A DNA stretch of 63,424 nucleotides from an uncultured Alphaproteobacteria bacterium (GCA_902536485.1 CACAXP010000003.1:1-63424); one strand, 5' to 3'; numbered from the stretch's first letter, positions 1-10,477 are shown. The notes: a model not told the origin generated them from the sequence alone. A program made the numbers and translations.

Positions 1-2
1 TT

Positions 3-500
3 AATTGATTGAAGTGAATAGATCAGTCTATCTAAAAAATCGCCCTTTGCTGTTGATAGTAAATGAAGAACAACCTCTGTATCAGATGTTGACTGAAAAA
101 TTGCACCTGAATCTATTAGTTGCTTTTTTAATTTTTGTGTATTTGTGAGGTTTCCATTATGAGCGATAGCCACACCACCAAAGTTGAGTTCTGAGAATAG
201 TGGTTGTACATTTTTAAGTGCAGACTCGCCTGTTGTTCCATATCTATTATGACCTATAGAAATTTCTCCTTTAAGTTCATTTATCACATTTGATTCAGAG
301 AAAACTTCTGATACTTGACCCATTCCTCTATGAGCAAAAAAATTTTTGGCATCAGATGTAACAATTCCAGTAGAATCCTGACCCCTGTGTTGCAAAGCAT
401 GTAAACCTAGAACCGTTAAACTAGCTGCATCTTTATGATTAAAAACACCGAAGACTGCACATTCATCTTTTGGCTTTTTATTATGAAAAAAAAGTTTCAT
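3..500 (-). CDS. purF: Amidophosphoribosyltransferase, N-terminal part (runs off window edge)
   Basis: Manual translation from ATG at 500: MKLFFHNKKPKDECAVFGVF...ALQHRGQDSTG...IGHIRYGTTG...AHNGNLTN...SDTEV (class II glutamine amidotransferase motifs); follows cvpA. Confidence 0.95.
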   Translation of the reverse strand, partial: MKLFFHNKKPKDECAVFGVFNHKDAASLTVLGLHALQHRGQDSTGIVTSDAKNFFAHRGMGQVSEVFSESNVINELKGEISIGHNRYGTTGESALKNVQPLFSELNFGGVAIAHNGNLTNTQKLKKQLIDSGAIFQSTSDTEVVLHLLSTAKGDFLDRLIYSLQSI

Positions 501-501
501 T

Positions 502-1149
502 TTATTCTGAGTTCTCAATAAGGTATTCTAGACTTTTTTTATCTGCATCATTATAAATTTTACTATCTTTATCAATCAACTTTTTAAGTTTGATTTGTGA
601 GTCTATACTCTTTTCAAATAGAACCTCTGATTTTTCATCAATTTCAGTTCTTAAGGTTTCTGCGAATTCACTTTCTTCTTCAAGAAAGTTAACGATTTTT
701 TCGTTGGTTATAAGAGTAACAAAATTAAATTTTGATTTTTCAATCCATTCGAACTTGTCTCCTTTATAAAAAAAGTGAAATGAAAAAAAACATAAACAAA
801 TAATCAAATATCCCCTCAATATACCAAAAAAAAATCCACCTGTTCTATCTAAAAAACCAATCTGACTTTTTTTTATTAAACCTGAGATTTTTTTTGTTAA
901 AATTGAAAAAAAAATAAATATCATTAAAAAAGTTAGTAGATATGAAATTCCATTCGAGAAGAATAAATTATTCACAAACTTATTTATAAAATTAGTAAGT
1001 TTTCCACCAAAATTGTAAGACGCAAGCAATGCTAGAATCCAATTAATTAAAGACAGAGATTCATGCGAAAAGCCTCTCAGAAAAGAAAAAAAAGCTGATA
1101 CAAGTATGAAAAAAAGTATAAAAAAATCAAATATTAAATAATTTTCCAA
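502..1149 (-). CDS. cvpA: CvpA family membrane protein
   Basis: Four hydrophobic segments, RGF..E and DR..G..FG..RG motifs, directly upstream of purF. Confidence 0.9.
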   Translation of the reverse strand: MENYLIFDFFILFFILVSAFFSFLRGFSHESLSLINWILALLASYNFGGKLTNFINKFVNNLFFSNGISYLLTFLMIFIFFSILTKKISGLIKKSQIGFLDRTGGFFFGILRGYLIICLCFFSFHFFYKGDKFEWIEKSKFNFVTLITNEKIVNFLEEESEFAETLRTEIDEKSEVLFEKSIDSQIKLKKLIDKDSKIYNDADKKSLEYLIENSE

Positions 1150-1164
1150 ATATATACTCCATTA

Positions 1165-1878
1165 TTAATAAATTCCTTTAACAAAATTATTTAAAGATAA
1201 ATTTCCTTTTTTATTTATATCTTTTGATTTACCGTACCAGGAAATTTTTCCTTTTTTAATGAACGCGGTATAATCAGAGAACTCATAAACACTCTCCATA
1301 TCATGGGTTACAGTAATTGTTGTGATTTTTTTTTTTTTAACAAGTTCCTTTATTAGTGTGTTTATTTGTTTCCCTATTATTGGATCAAGACCGGTGGTTG
1401 GTTCGTCTAGAACAAGTATTTCTGGGTTTTGAAGAATTGCCCTTGCTAACCCTATCCTTTTTTGGACTCCAATTGAAAGGTTGGAAGGAAACTCATATAG
1501 AATTGATTTTGGAAGCGAAACTTCATCTAAAATCTCTGATAAATCATTATTTTTGTTAGCAAACATTAAGTTTTCTTTTATAGTCAGACTATCAAACAGA
1601 GCAGCGTTCTGAAATAATATTCCAAATTTTGACATGTACTTATTCATTTGAAGAAATGATAGATTTTTAATATTTTCAATTTTATCAAAAGAAATTGTTC
1701 CAGTGTCAAAGCTTAACAAACCATCAATGCATTTAGTTAAGACTGATTTACCTGAACCAGATTCTCCTATTATTGCTAAGGATTCGGATTCAAACACTTT
1801 AAGATCTAGTTTATTTAATACAACTTTATCACCAAATTTCTTAGAAACTTTATTTATATTAATTTTTAACTTTCTCAT
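1165..1878 (-). CDS. mlaF: MlaF-type ABC transporter ATPase (phospholipid asymmetry)
   Basis: Walker A GESGSGKS, FQNAALFDSL, LDEPTTGLDP; coupled to mlaE. Confidence 0.85.
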   Translation of the reverse strand: MRKLKININKVSKKFGDKVVLNKLDLKVFESESLAIIGESGSGKSVLTKCIDGLLSFDTGTISFDKIENIKNLSFLQMNKYMSKFGILFQNAALFDSLTIKENLMFANKNNDLSEILDEVSLPKSILYEFPSNLSIGVQKRIGLARAILQNPEILVLDEPTTGLDPIIGKQINTLIKELVKKKKITTITVTHDMESVYEFSDYTAFIKKGKISWYGKSKDINKKGNLSLNNFVKGIY

Positions 1879-2648
1879 AAGTCAAAAAAGAATGAAGTTA
1901 AAATATAGTTAGTTAATAAAATTAAAATTGATGAAGAAACAACTGAATAGGTAGTTGACAAACCAACACCTTGTGCACCTCCTTTTGCATTGAATCCGTG
2001 ATAACATCCCATTAATGAAATAATAAAACCAAAGACACATGCTTTGACTAAACCAGAGAATATATCAAGAAACTGAACAAAATTGTAAGTATTTTGTAAA
2101 TAAACAACAGGGTTAAAGTTTAGAACCTCCGTACAAATCAAATATCCACCAAAAACTCCAATGATATCTCCAACAAAAACCAAAAAAGGTAATGAAACTA
2201 TACCTGCTAAGATCCTTGGGATGAAAAGATAGTTATAGGGGTTTGTAGATAAGGTTTTTAAAGCATCTATTTGTTCAGTTACTTTCATGGTTCCAATTTC
2301 AGCTGCTATGGCTGCTCCGGATCGTCCAGCAACCATTAGTCCCGCAAGGACAGGAGCAAGTTCTCTTGTAATAGATAGTACAACTACATTGGGAATCGCA
2401 CTTTCTGCTGAGAATCTTGAAAATCCAGTGTAAGATTGTAGAGCTAAAACCATTCCTGTAAAAATCGAGGTTAAACCAACAACTGGCAGAGAGTTATAAC
2501 CTATCTTTATTAAGTGTTGTAGAAATATTTTTGGGTAAAATTTATCAAGAATTGAATATTTTAAGCAATCAAAGAAAAATAAAACAATTTCCCCTACGGA
2601 TGAAAAAATTCCAAAAAAAATTCTGCCTAATTTAAAAAATACATCCAT
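1875..2648 (-). CDS. mlaE: MlaE-type ABC transporter permease
   Basis: RELAPVLAGLMVAGRSGAAIAAEIGTMKVTEQIDAL signature. Confidence 0.92.
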   Translation of the reverse strand: MDVFFKLGRIFFGIFSSVGEIVLFFFDCLKYSILDKFYPKIFLQHLIKIGYNSLPVVGLTSIFTGMVLALQSYTGFSRFSAESAIPNVVVLSITRELAPVLAGLMVAGRSGAAIAAEIGTMKVTEQIDALKTLSTNPYNYLFIPRILAGIVSLPFLVFVGDIIGVFGGYLICTEVLNFNPVVYLQNTYNFVQFLDIFSGLVKACVFGFIISLMGCYHGFNAKGGAQGVGLSTTYSVVSSSILILLTNYILTSFFFDL

Positions 2649-2668
2649 AAAATTGAGAAAGTATTAAT

Positions 2669-3769
2669 TCATACATTGTCAATATAAATTTTTTTAGCTC
2701 TTTTACCAATATTATTTAAAATTTCATAGGGTATAGTTTTGGATTTTTTTGCAATAAAACTCAATTGAATATTATTACCAATTAGTTCAACAAAATCACC
2801 TACTTTAATTTCACTTTCATTTAATTCTGAAATATCTACTATAATGTAGTCCATAGAAATTGTTCCAATGATGGGAAGTTTTTTTTTAAAATATACGTAA
2901 GAAATATTACTTAAAACTCTTGGGTAGCCGTCAGCATAACCAAAAGCAACTATTGCAATTTTTTTTTTTTGTTTGGACTGAAATGTTTGGTTATACCCAT
3001 AGCTTTTTTTTGAGTTATCAATTAATTTAATTTGTAATATCCTAGCATGTAACTCCACTACACTTTTAAACGGTTTGGTTTCAATTGTTCCAAATACACA
3101 TCCTCCCGTTCGAATCAGATTATACTCAATTTTATTCAAGTTCATAATAGCATGGGAATTTGCAATACTGTGGATAGCATTAGGAAAGTGTTTTATAACT
3201 TTTTTAAATTTTAGATTTTGTTTGTTATTAAAATTATTAAGCTTTTCATCTGCTGATGCAAGATGAGACATTACACAAAATACTTTTATTCGAAATTTTT
3301 TGCAATATTCAATTACTGGGATTATTTCTTGTTCATCGATTCCTAGTCTGTTGATTCCAGTATCAAAGTGAAGTGTAGTTTTAGGCTTAGTACTGAGGTT
3401 TTTTGATAACTCATTAAATTTTTTTAATTCATCTAAAGAATTGATTGTAGCAATAATTTCATTTTGAAAGACTTTTTTTATTTCGCTTTTTTTGAGATTA
3501 ATTAAACCATTTAATAAAATGATATTTGATTTTCTGCACTCTTTTCTAACTTTAAGAGCTTCATCTAAAGTTGTCAAAAAAAAATCTCGGCAACCAATTT
3601 TTACAAGTTTTTTTGTTACCTCAACTAACCCAAGACCATAAGCATCAGATTTAAGAACACATCCAATTCTTGATTTTTTCAAAGTTTTTTTTAAGTTTTT
3701 ATAGTTATCACCTAAAAATCCTAAGTTTATTTTCAGCAACCCATTTTCATTAATCGTAATATTTTTCAT
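2669..3769 (-). CDS. alr: Alanine racemase
   Basis: VLKSDAYGLG (PLP lysine), DTGINRLG, GYADGYPR, GTISMD. Confidence 0.93.
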   Translation of the reverse strand: MKNITINENGLLKINLGFLGDNYKNLKKTLKKSRIGCVLKSDAYGLGLVEVTKKLVKIGCRDFFLTTLDEALKVRKECRKSNIILLNGLINLKKSEIKKVFQNEIIATINSLDELKKFNELSKNLSTKPKTTLHFDTGINRLGIDEQEIIPVIEYCKKFRIKVFCVMSHLASADEKLNNFNNKQNLKFKKVIKHFPNAIHSIANSHAIMNLNKIEYNLIRTGGCVFGTIETKPFKSVVELHARILQIKLIDNSKKSYGYNQTFQSKQKKKIAIVAFGYADGYPRVLSNISYVYFKKKLPIIGTISMDYIIVDISELNESEIKVGDFVELIGNNIQLSFIAKKSKTIPYEILNNIGKRAKKIYIDNV

Positions 3770-3789
3770 TATTGAGTCCAGTCAATTGA

Positions 3790-5241
3790 TTATTCAGCTA
3801 AATCAGAAAACTTAGTATTTGATGCATTGAAATGTAACTTTACTCTCGAAATTGGACCGTGTCTGTTTTTCGCTACTATTACTTCTGCTATATTATGAAT
3901 TTTCTCCATTTTATCAGTCCACATAATATGTTTTTCGGTACCTTCGGGTGGTTCTGTTCTTGCTAAATAATATTCTTCTCTATATAAGAAAACTACTAGA
4001 TCTGCGTCCTGTTCAATTGAACCAGATTCTCTTAAATCCGAAAGTTGTGGTCGCTTTTCTTCTCTATCTTCTACTTTTCTTGATAATTGTGAAAGAGCAA
4101 TAACAGGGATATTGAATTCCTTTGCAATTGCTTTTAAACCTCTTGTAATGTCAGAAATTTCCTTTACACGATTATCATTGAAGTTTCTACTCTCACTGCT
4201 AATAAGTTGTAAGTAATCTATTATAATCAGATCAAGTCCATCTTTTCTTTTTAGTCTTCTAGATCTTGATCTTATTGCTGACAATGTAAGCGCAGGTGAA
4301 TCATCAATAAATAGAGAAAGATTCTTAATTTTTTCACTATTTTTAAGAAGGTTTTCAAAATCCATCTTTGAAATATTGCCAGTACGTATTTTCTCTGATG
4401 GAATTTTTGACATTTCAGATAAAAGTCTTGTTGCAAGTTGTTCAGAAGACATTTCTAATGAAAAAAATAAAACATTATTTTTCTTTTTAAGATTTAATTT
4501 ATCCATACAAATATTTGATGCAATATTTGTGGCAAACGCTGTTTTCCCCATTGATGGTCTTCCTGCAATTATTATAAGATCAGATTTGTGAAGACCACCA
4601 ATTTTTTTATCTAAATCACTAAGTGCTGTTTTAAGAACAGCAACATCTGAGCTCTTTTTAAAAGCTTTCTCAGCATAGTCTAAGGTATCTGACAACACAT
4701 CAGTAAAAGTTTTTGGTCCTCTTTGTTTTTCTCCATCATTAGTCAAATTAAATAGATCTAATTCAACTTTTTCTATAATTGAATTAGAATTTTCACTTTG
4801 AAAGTCTGAGTAAGATTTATTGACTAGTTCAGTGCCTACATCAATTAATTCTCTTCTTAAATAAAGATCATAAATAAGTTCACCATACTGCTTGGCATTA
4901 ATAATACTTACAGAATTTTCAGCAATTTCTAGAAGATATTTCATACCACCGTTAGCTATAAAGTCTTCATTATTTTCTAAAAAAACTTTAATTGTAGTTA
5001 TGTCAGCAATCTGGTTATTCGTAATAAATCTTTTAAGAGTATCAAAAATAATAGAATTAATTTTACTTGAAAAATGCTTTGATTCTAAAAAATCTTCAAC
5101 CTTTTCAAGTGCTAAATTATTAGAAATAATAGCACCCAATAGTGATTGTTCTGCACCAACATTAATTGGGATACTTCTGGAAATATTTGCGTTGGATTCA
5201 GTAAGAATATTTTTTAAATTTGTGTTTCGTTCACTAACCAT
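3790..5241 (-). CDS. dnaB: Replicative DNA helicase
   Basis: AGRPSMGKT, FSLEMS, IDYLQL, LSQLSR, DLRESGSIEQDAD. Confidence 0.98.
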   Translation of the reverse strand: MVSERNTNLKNILTESNANISRSIPINVGAEQSLLGAIISNNLALEKVEDFLESKHFSSKINSIIFDTLKRFITNNQIADITTIKVFLENNEDFIANGGMKYLLEIAENSVSIINAKQYGELIYDLYLRRELIDVGTELVNKSYSDFQSENSNSIIEKVELDLFNLTNDGEKQRGPKTFTDVLSDTLDYAEKAFKKSSDVAVLKTALSDLDKKIGGLHKSDLIIIAGRPSMGKTAFATNIASNICMDKLNLKKKNNVLFFSLEMSSEQLATRLLSEMSKIPSEKIRTGNISKMDFENLLKNSEKIKNLSLFIDDSPALTLSAIRSRSRRLKRKDGLDLIIIDYLQLISSESRNFNDNRVKEISDITRGLKAIAKEFNIPVIALSQLSRKVEDREEKRPQLSDLRESGSIEQDADLVVFLYREEYYLARTEPPEGTEKHIMWTDKMEKIHNIAEVIVAKNRHGPISRVKLHFNASNTKFSDLAE

Positions 5242-5317
5242 TAGATTATATTATCAAAAAACTTTTTATAAGCATTAATTTTCTGTCTGTGAATTAAGTG
5301 GAAAACGTGTAAAACTT

Positions 5318-6274
5318 TCAGAAGTGAGTTAAAAAAAGTTTTAATAAGTAAAAACAGTAAAAAGTTATAAAAACTAACGAGAATTTTTTACTTAACTCAT
5401 TTTTTACGTAAAGAAGTAAAGAGAAACCGACTGTACAAATAAACAGAAAAATAACCTCAAAGAATAAAATATCTTTTGGAAAGCTAAATGCGTCAAATAA
5501 AGAAACAAAGCCAAGAATTAGCAGTAGATTATAAATGTTGGAACCAATAATATTTCCAATTATTAATTCAGACATCTTTTTTTGTGCTGCCCTGATTGAT
5601 GTTATGATTTCTGGTAAAGAGGTGCCTAGAGCAACTAAGGTTAAGGCAAGAAAAGAATCTGAAATCCCAAAGAAATTTGAGATTTCAATTACAGAGTCTA
5701 CTGTGAATTCTGCTCCAAAAAAAGTTAAAATGATTGAAAAAATTATAGTGGGTAGTCCAATGATTAATGGTTTTTTAAAAACTATTTTTGTAAAAAAATC
5801 ATTTGTTTCTAATTCATTTCCGTTTTTTGATAATGAATTATTAAATGATTTATATACATAATAAGAGAAAAGTAATAAAAAAACTATACCGATTTTGTAG
5901 TCAAAAATTAACAACCAAACTATAAGTAGAAAAAAAATATGAACTATTAAATGAAAAAAATTATCAAATCTAGATATTTTTCTTAAATCTATCTTTGAGA
6001 TAAAAAGTGCTGCTCCGAAAACTAAAAGAATATTTGATATGTTGGAGCCAATAACATTTCCTATAGAAATTTCAGGCGATTTTTTAATTATTGCATCAAT
6101 TGAAACTAGAAGTTCTGGAAGAGATGTCCCAAACCCAATTACAATTAGACCAATAAAAAAATCAGAAACACCATACTTTTTTCCAATTGCTACTGCACTC
6201 GATATAAGAATGTCTGCACCTTTAACGACAAGAAATAGTCCCATTAATAATGTGAAAACGTTTATTATTAACAT
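5318..6274 (-). CDS. Calcium/sodium antiporter (CaCA family, YrbG-like)
   Basis: Two alpha repeats GFGTSLPE and ALGTSLPE, each followed by GN(V/I)IGSNI. Confidence 0.92.
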   Translation of the reverse strand: MLIINVFTLLMGLFLVVKGADILISSAVAIGKKYGVSDFFIGLIVIGFGTSLPELLVSIDAIIKKSPEISIGNVIGSNISNILLVFGAALFISKIDLRKISRFDNFFHLIVHIFFLLIVWLLIFDYKIGIVFLLLFSYYVYKSFNNSLSKNGNELETNDFFTKIVFKKPLIIGLPTIIFSIILTFFGAEFTVDSVIEISNFFGISDSFLALTLVALGTSLPEIITSIRAAQKKMSELIIGNIIGSNIYNLLLILGFVSLFDAFSFPKDILFFEVIFLFICTVGFSLLLYVKNELSKKFSLVFITFYCFYLLKLFLTHF

Positions 6275-6317
6275 GGAAGAAAGCTGAGTGTTTTAGAAAT
6301 TTTGAAAGAACAAAAAA

Positions 6318-7073
6318 TTATTCTTTTTCTTTCTTTTTGGTTAAGTCATCTTTTTCTGACTTATTCGGTTTTTTTTGATCTGACTTGTCTTTAGTTTCAA
6401 CTTTATTTTCTACTGTATTTTCATCAGTTCTTACATCTAAATTTTTTACTTCTTTATTGGGAGTATTACCTTGTGTTTTATCTTTAATTGTTGATGTGTT
6501 ACTTTTTTTTTCTATATTTTCAGAAGAGGTAACTGGTTCATTTTGCTCAGCTGTTATTTTTTCTGATTTTATGTCCTCGATTTTCTTTTTTGGTTTTTCA
6601 AACTCATCTTTTTGAATCTTTGCATTTTCTTCTGAAGTTGCGATATTAATCCTCAAGTTACAACCAACCTCTGGATGTAACCTAATGTTAATGTCGTAAA
6701 TACCAATTTTTTTTATAGCATCATGAAAGTTTACATTTGAGGGCTTTATATTTATTTTTTTTTCAGAGAAGTAATTAGAAACATCCTTAGGTGAAACTGA
6801 GCCATATAATTGTCCATTATCACTAGCATTTCTGATGAAATTGACCTCTAATTTTGAAATTTTTTGTACGGTTAGCTTTGCATCCTCAATGATTTTTTTG
6901 TTTTTTTCTACCAAATCTTGTTTTATCTTTGAGAAATATTCTTTATTTTCATCATTAGCTCGTAAGGCTTTTTTTTGAGGAATGAGATAGTTTCTGGCAT
7001 ATCCATCCTTTACGTTAACAAGATCACCAATGCCACCCAACTTGTTCAGACTTTCTAATAATATAACTTCCAC
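6318..7073 (-). CDS. rplI: 50S ribosomal protein L9 with a long low-complexity C-terminal tail
   Basis: GTG start; EVILLE..LG.IGDLVNVKDGYARNYLIP, GQLYGSV, IRLHPEV. Confidence 0.96.
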   Translation of the reverse strand: MEVILLESLNKLGGIGDLVNVKDGYARNYLIPQKKALRANDENKEYFSKIKQDLVEKNKKIIEDAKLTVQKISKLEVNFIRNASDNGQLYGSVSPKDVSNYFSEKKINIKPSNVNFHDAIKKIGIYDINIRLHPEVGCNLRINIATSEENAKIQKDEFEKPKKKIEDIKSEKITAEQNEPVTSSENIEKKSNTSTIKDKTQGNTPNKEVKNLDVRTDENTVENKVETKDKSDQKKPNKSEKDDLTKKKEKE

Positions 7074-7078
7074 TTTGA

Positions 7079-8023
7079 TTATTCCAACTTTTTCGTAATT
7101 ATTCTTTTTAAACTTATATAATATCCGGTTAAAAATACTAATAAAAATAGAACATAGCCTAAAAAAATAAAAAGTAAAAATATTATTGAAATTTTTAAAA
7201 AAAAATTTACGTCTAAAGAATTTAAAAACTGGTGTGAATAAATAAGGCCTTGATAAAAAATTAAAAAACTTAAGACTATTGCAGCACTAAAAAAGTAAAA
7301 TTTCAGGTCACCTGTAAGTAATATTGTAAAAAGAATCAAAGTATTAAAAATTAAGAAAAATTTTACAGGTAAAAAAAACTTACTGAATTCAATGGAATAA
7401 TTTCTAGGAAAATTTATTTTTTTTAAAATAATATTTGTCAAAAAAAAATTTATAATTAGAAAGGTCATTAAGACAAAAGCATTTAAAGAAGGTATTGTTT
7501 TTATTAAAAAGTCAATTCTTTCCTCACTAATTATATTTTCTTGAATATTTGAGTTTTTTACAACGTTTGAAAAAAACTGAGATATAAAGTCTTTTAGTTC
7601 TTGATGATCAATTTGATAATAATAGAAAAAATTAAAAACTAGTAAAAGTGACAAAACAAAAAGGGTAAAAAAGATCATTACTTTTTCACTATTTATTAAT
7701 TTTTTTTTGTACAAATTTAAAAGTGTAAAAAGCAAAAAAATTATTGTTGAGGTGGTGACGTAATTAAGAAAAAATCTTAAAGTAAACTTTAGATTAAAAA
7801 AGTAAGCGTCATTTATAGATAAAAGAAAGAACCCGATATTTGTGAAAATAATTGAAAAAAAAAAATTTTTTTTAGAAACAATCTGACCTGTAAAAATCAA
7901 TGGGATAGAACATAGTATTGGAAATAAACTTGGAAATATTCTTAATATAAGCGCTTCAGACGAAAAAATAAGAACTGTTGAATAAAAGAGAACTAGTAGT
8001 TCTTTATTCTTTGCTAAAGACAT
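7079..8023 (-). CDS. DUF2232/YybS-like membrane protein
   Basis: Multi-TM protein in the usual slot between rpsR and rplI; ATG overlaps the rpsR stop (TGATG). Confidence 0.6.
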   Translation of the reverse strand: MSLAKNKELLVLFYSTVLIFSSEALILRIFPSLFPILCSIPLIFTGQIVSKKNFFFSIIFTNIGFFLLSINDAYFFNLKFTLRFFLNYVTTSTIIFLLFTLLNLYKKKLINSEKVMIFFTLFVLSLLLVFNFFYYYQIDHQELKDFISQFFSNVVKNSNIQENIISEERIDFLIKTIPSLNAFVLMTFLIINFFLTNIILKKINFPRNYSIEFSKFFLPVKFFLIFNTLILFTILLTGDLKFYFFSAAIVLSFLIFYQGLIYSHQFLNSLDVNFFLKISIIFLLFIFLGYVLFLLVFLTGYYISLKRIITKKLE

Positions 8024-8268
8024 CAATTAGAAACATAAGGTAACAGTGCTAGGAATCTTGCTCTCTTTATGGCAAGAGTAAGCTCTTTTTGCTTTTTTGT
8101 TGACACCTGAGTCACTCTACTGGGAAGGATTTTACCCTTTTCAGTAATGTATTTTTTTAAAATATGAATATTTTTATAGTCAACAGTTGGCGCATCTTTG
8201 CCAGATAAAGGACATGATTTTTTGTACAATAATTTAGATGAAGTGTTGTCGAATGCTTTGCTTTTCAT
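8023..8268 (-). CDS. rpsR: 30S ribosomal protein S18
   Basis: [23 protein letters not shown]...[13 protein letters not shown]. Confidence 0.97.
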   Translation of the reverse strand: MKSKAFDNTSSKLLYKKSCPLSGKDAPTVDYKNIHILKKYITEKGKILPSRVTQVSTKKQKELTLAIKRARFLALLPYVSN

Positions 8269-8270
8269 AA

Positions 8271-8603
8271 TTATTTGTTCTCCACTTTACTCTCATCAAG
8301 TTGAGATGGGTTTTTATCTACTGATTTGATTTTAAGATTAAAAAATCTTAGAAAGTCGTCATCTTGTTTAACTAGACTATTAAATTCGTTCAAAATCTTT
8401 GTATCACACTCACTGTTTATTAAATAGTAATAACCTTTAGAGTTCTTCTTAATTTTATAAGCCAGAGTTCGGAGCCCCCAAGATTCAGTTTTCAGTATTT
8501 TTCCTCCAGAGTTGTTAATTTTTTCTGTGAAGGAATCAAATTTTTTTTTAGCGGAATTTGGTGAAATTTGACCACTTAGTATAAATACACTTTCATATAA
8601 CAT
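8271..8603 (-). CDS. rpsF: 30S ribosomal protein S6
   Basis: Start moved to ATG 8603 (AAGGA upstream): MLYESVFIL...[18 protein letters not shown]. Confidence 0.95.
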   Translation of the reverse strand: MLYESVFILSGQISPNSAKKKFDSFTEKINNSGGKILKTESWGLRTLAYKIKKNSKGYYYLINSECDTKILNEFNSLVKQDDDFLRFFNLKIKSVDKNPSQLDESKVENK

Positions 8604-8730
8604 ATATATATTCCTTAAGGTTAAACTTGAAAAATCAAGTTTAGCTAATATTATTAGCAAGGTTACTATTTCAAGCTTATAACATTAACAAATTTATTTG
8701 AAAAGTAACCAATTTTTTTACAAAGTTGTT

Positions 8731-9693
8731 ATGAAAAAAATAGCCTTTATTTTTCCTGGTCAGGGTTCACAAATGGTTGGCATGGGCTTGGAACTTTATA
8801 AAAACCATATGAAAGCTAGAGAAGTTTTTGATGCTGTTGATGAATCTCTAAATCAAAAGCTTTCAAAAACTATTTTTTATGGGGATGAAGAACAATTAAA
8901 ATTAACATCTAACGCACAACCAGCATTAATGGTGATGAGCATTGCTTTGGTTAGAGTTCTTGAAAACGAATTAGGTAAAAAATTAACTGATTTCACAGAA
9001 ATTGTTTTAGGACATTCACTTGGGGAATACACCAGTCTTTGTAGCATAGATTCAATAGATATAAGCTCTGCAGCAAAATTACTTAGAATTAGGGGAAATT
9101 CAATGCAAAATTCTGTAAATAATATCGAAACAAGAATGGTTGCAGTCATTGGACTTAAACTTGAAATAATTGAAGAATTATTAAATAAATTCTCAACAGA
9201 AAAAGATTTTTTGTGTGAGGTAGCTAATGATAACTGTCCTGGTCAGATAATATTATCTGGATTAAAGAGGAGTGTTGATAAATTTTCTGAAGTACTAACT
9301 TCCTCTGGTGCAAGATCAATTATTGATTTGCAAGTTAGTGCTCCCTTTCATTGTTCATTAATGAAGCCAGCCGCTGAAGTCATGTCCAAAGCACTCGAAG
9401 ACGTAAACATTAAAAAGCCAACGATAAAATTTATTAACAATGTTTCTGCAGAATTCATTGATGAACCATATGAAATAAAAAAAAACCTAATCGAACAAGT
9501 TTACAATAGAGTAAGATGGAGAGAAAGTATAATTAAAGTATCAAAATCTAAAATTGACGAAATAATAGAAATAGGCTCAGGAAAAGTACTTACGGGGTTG
9601 AACAGAAGAATGAAGATTAAACAAGACTTTTCAAACATAACAACATTTAATGATATTGAAAACTTTATTAAGTCACACGGAGAAAACCTATGA
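8731..9693 (+). CDS. fabD: Malonyl-CoA:ACP transacylase
   Basis: FIFPGQGSQ, GHSLGEY, VSAPFHCSLM; start moved to ATG 8731. Confidence 0.97.
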   Translation: MKKIAFIFPGQGSQMVGMGLELYKNHMKAREVFDAVDESLNQKLSKTIFYGDEEQLKLTSNAQPALMVMSIALVRVLENELGKKLTDFTEIVLGHSLGEYTSLCSIDSIDISSAAKLLRIRGNSMQNSVNNIETRMVAVIGLKLEIIEELLNKFSTEKDFLCEVANDNCPGQIILSGLKRSVDKFSEVLTSSGARSIIDLQVSAPFHCSLMKPAAEVMSKALEDVNIKKPTIKFINNVSAEFIDEPYEIKKNLIEQVYNRVRWRESIIKVSKSKIDEIIEIGSGKVLTGLNRRMKIKQDFSNITTFNDIENFIKSHGENL

Positions 9694-10412
9694 AAAAAAA
9701 TGTTTTATTAACTGGTGCAACTGGCGGAATAGGTGAGGCAATATGTAATAAATTATCAAAAAACTACAATTTAGTTGTAGTGTCAAGAAATCAGGAAAAA
9801 CTAAAAAACTTTATGAAAGATAATCAGTCAATTATTAAAAGAATAACATGTGATTTAAAAGACTCTGTTCAAATCATAAAAATGATTGAGGAAGTTGTTT
9901 CGGCAAATTTAAATATTGATGTTTTAGTTAATAATGCTGGTGTCACTGATGATAGTTTATTTATAAGAATGAATTATGAAAAATGGCAAAATGTTATAAG
10001 AACAAATTTAGATTCAAACTTTTTATTGAGTAATTCTATTTCAAAGCTAATGATAAAAAAAAAATGGGGAAGAATTATTAATATCACTTCAATTGTAGGA
10101 CACACTGGTAATCTGGGTCAAGCTAATTACGTTGCCTCAAAATCTGGTATAACTGGAATGACAAAATCTATTGCTATGGAATTGGCTAAATGGAATATAA
10201 CTGTTAACTGTGTATCTCCTGGTTTTATAAAAACAAATATGACAGAAAGACTTAACGAGGAGCAGAAAAAAATTATAATAAATAAAATACCTTTGGGAAT
10301 GATTGGTTCGCCAATTGATATTGCAAATTGTGTTGAATTCTTAGCTTCAGAAGAATCAAGATATATCACTGGTGAAACGATTCATGTAAATGGTGGCATG
10401 GCAATGTTATAA
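9690..10412 (+). CDS. fabG: 3-oxoacyl-ACP reductase
   Basis: TGATGGIG, NNAG, GNLGQANYVASK, IHVNGG. Confidence 0.96.
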   Translation: MKKNVLLTGATGGIGEAICNKLSKNYNLVVVSRNQEKLKNFMKDNQSIIKRITCDLKDSVQIIKMIEEVVSANLNIDVLVNNAGVTDDSLFIRMNYEKWQNVIRTNLDSNFLLSNSISKLMIKKKWGRIINITSIVGHTGNLGQANYVASKSGITGMTKSIAMELAKWNITVNCVSPGFIKTNMTERLNEEQKKIIINKIPLGMIGSPIDIANCVEFLASEESRYITGETIHVNGGMAML

Positions 10413-10477
10413 TTATGTTTGATTTAAAAAAAAAAATATTTATTAATATAACTTTAACTTAATAGTAAGGGAAAAAT

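Noticed and set aside
450-470. PurF mature N-terminus CAVFG instead of CGVFG
   Set aside because: The catalytic Cys and the downstream motifs are intact; this is a minor substitution.
502-1149. CvpA as a bacteriocin system
   Set aside because: CvpA is a housekeeping membrane protein normally linked to purF; no toxin or immunity genes are nearby.
1455-1490. MlaF ABC signature LSIGV instead of LSGGQ as a sign of inactivity
   Set aside because: Ser and the second Gly are kept, LSIG variants occur in functional ABC ATPases, and the Walker motifs are intact.
10443-10458. TTAA-N7-TTAAC (CtrA box-like) upstream of acpP
   Set aside because: Such matches are expected by chance in DNA this AT-rich, and there is no supporting context.
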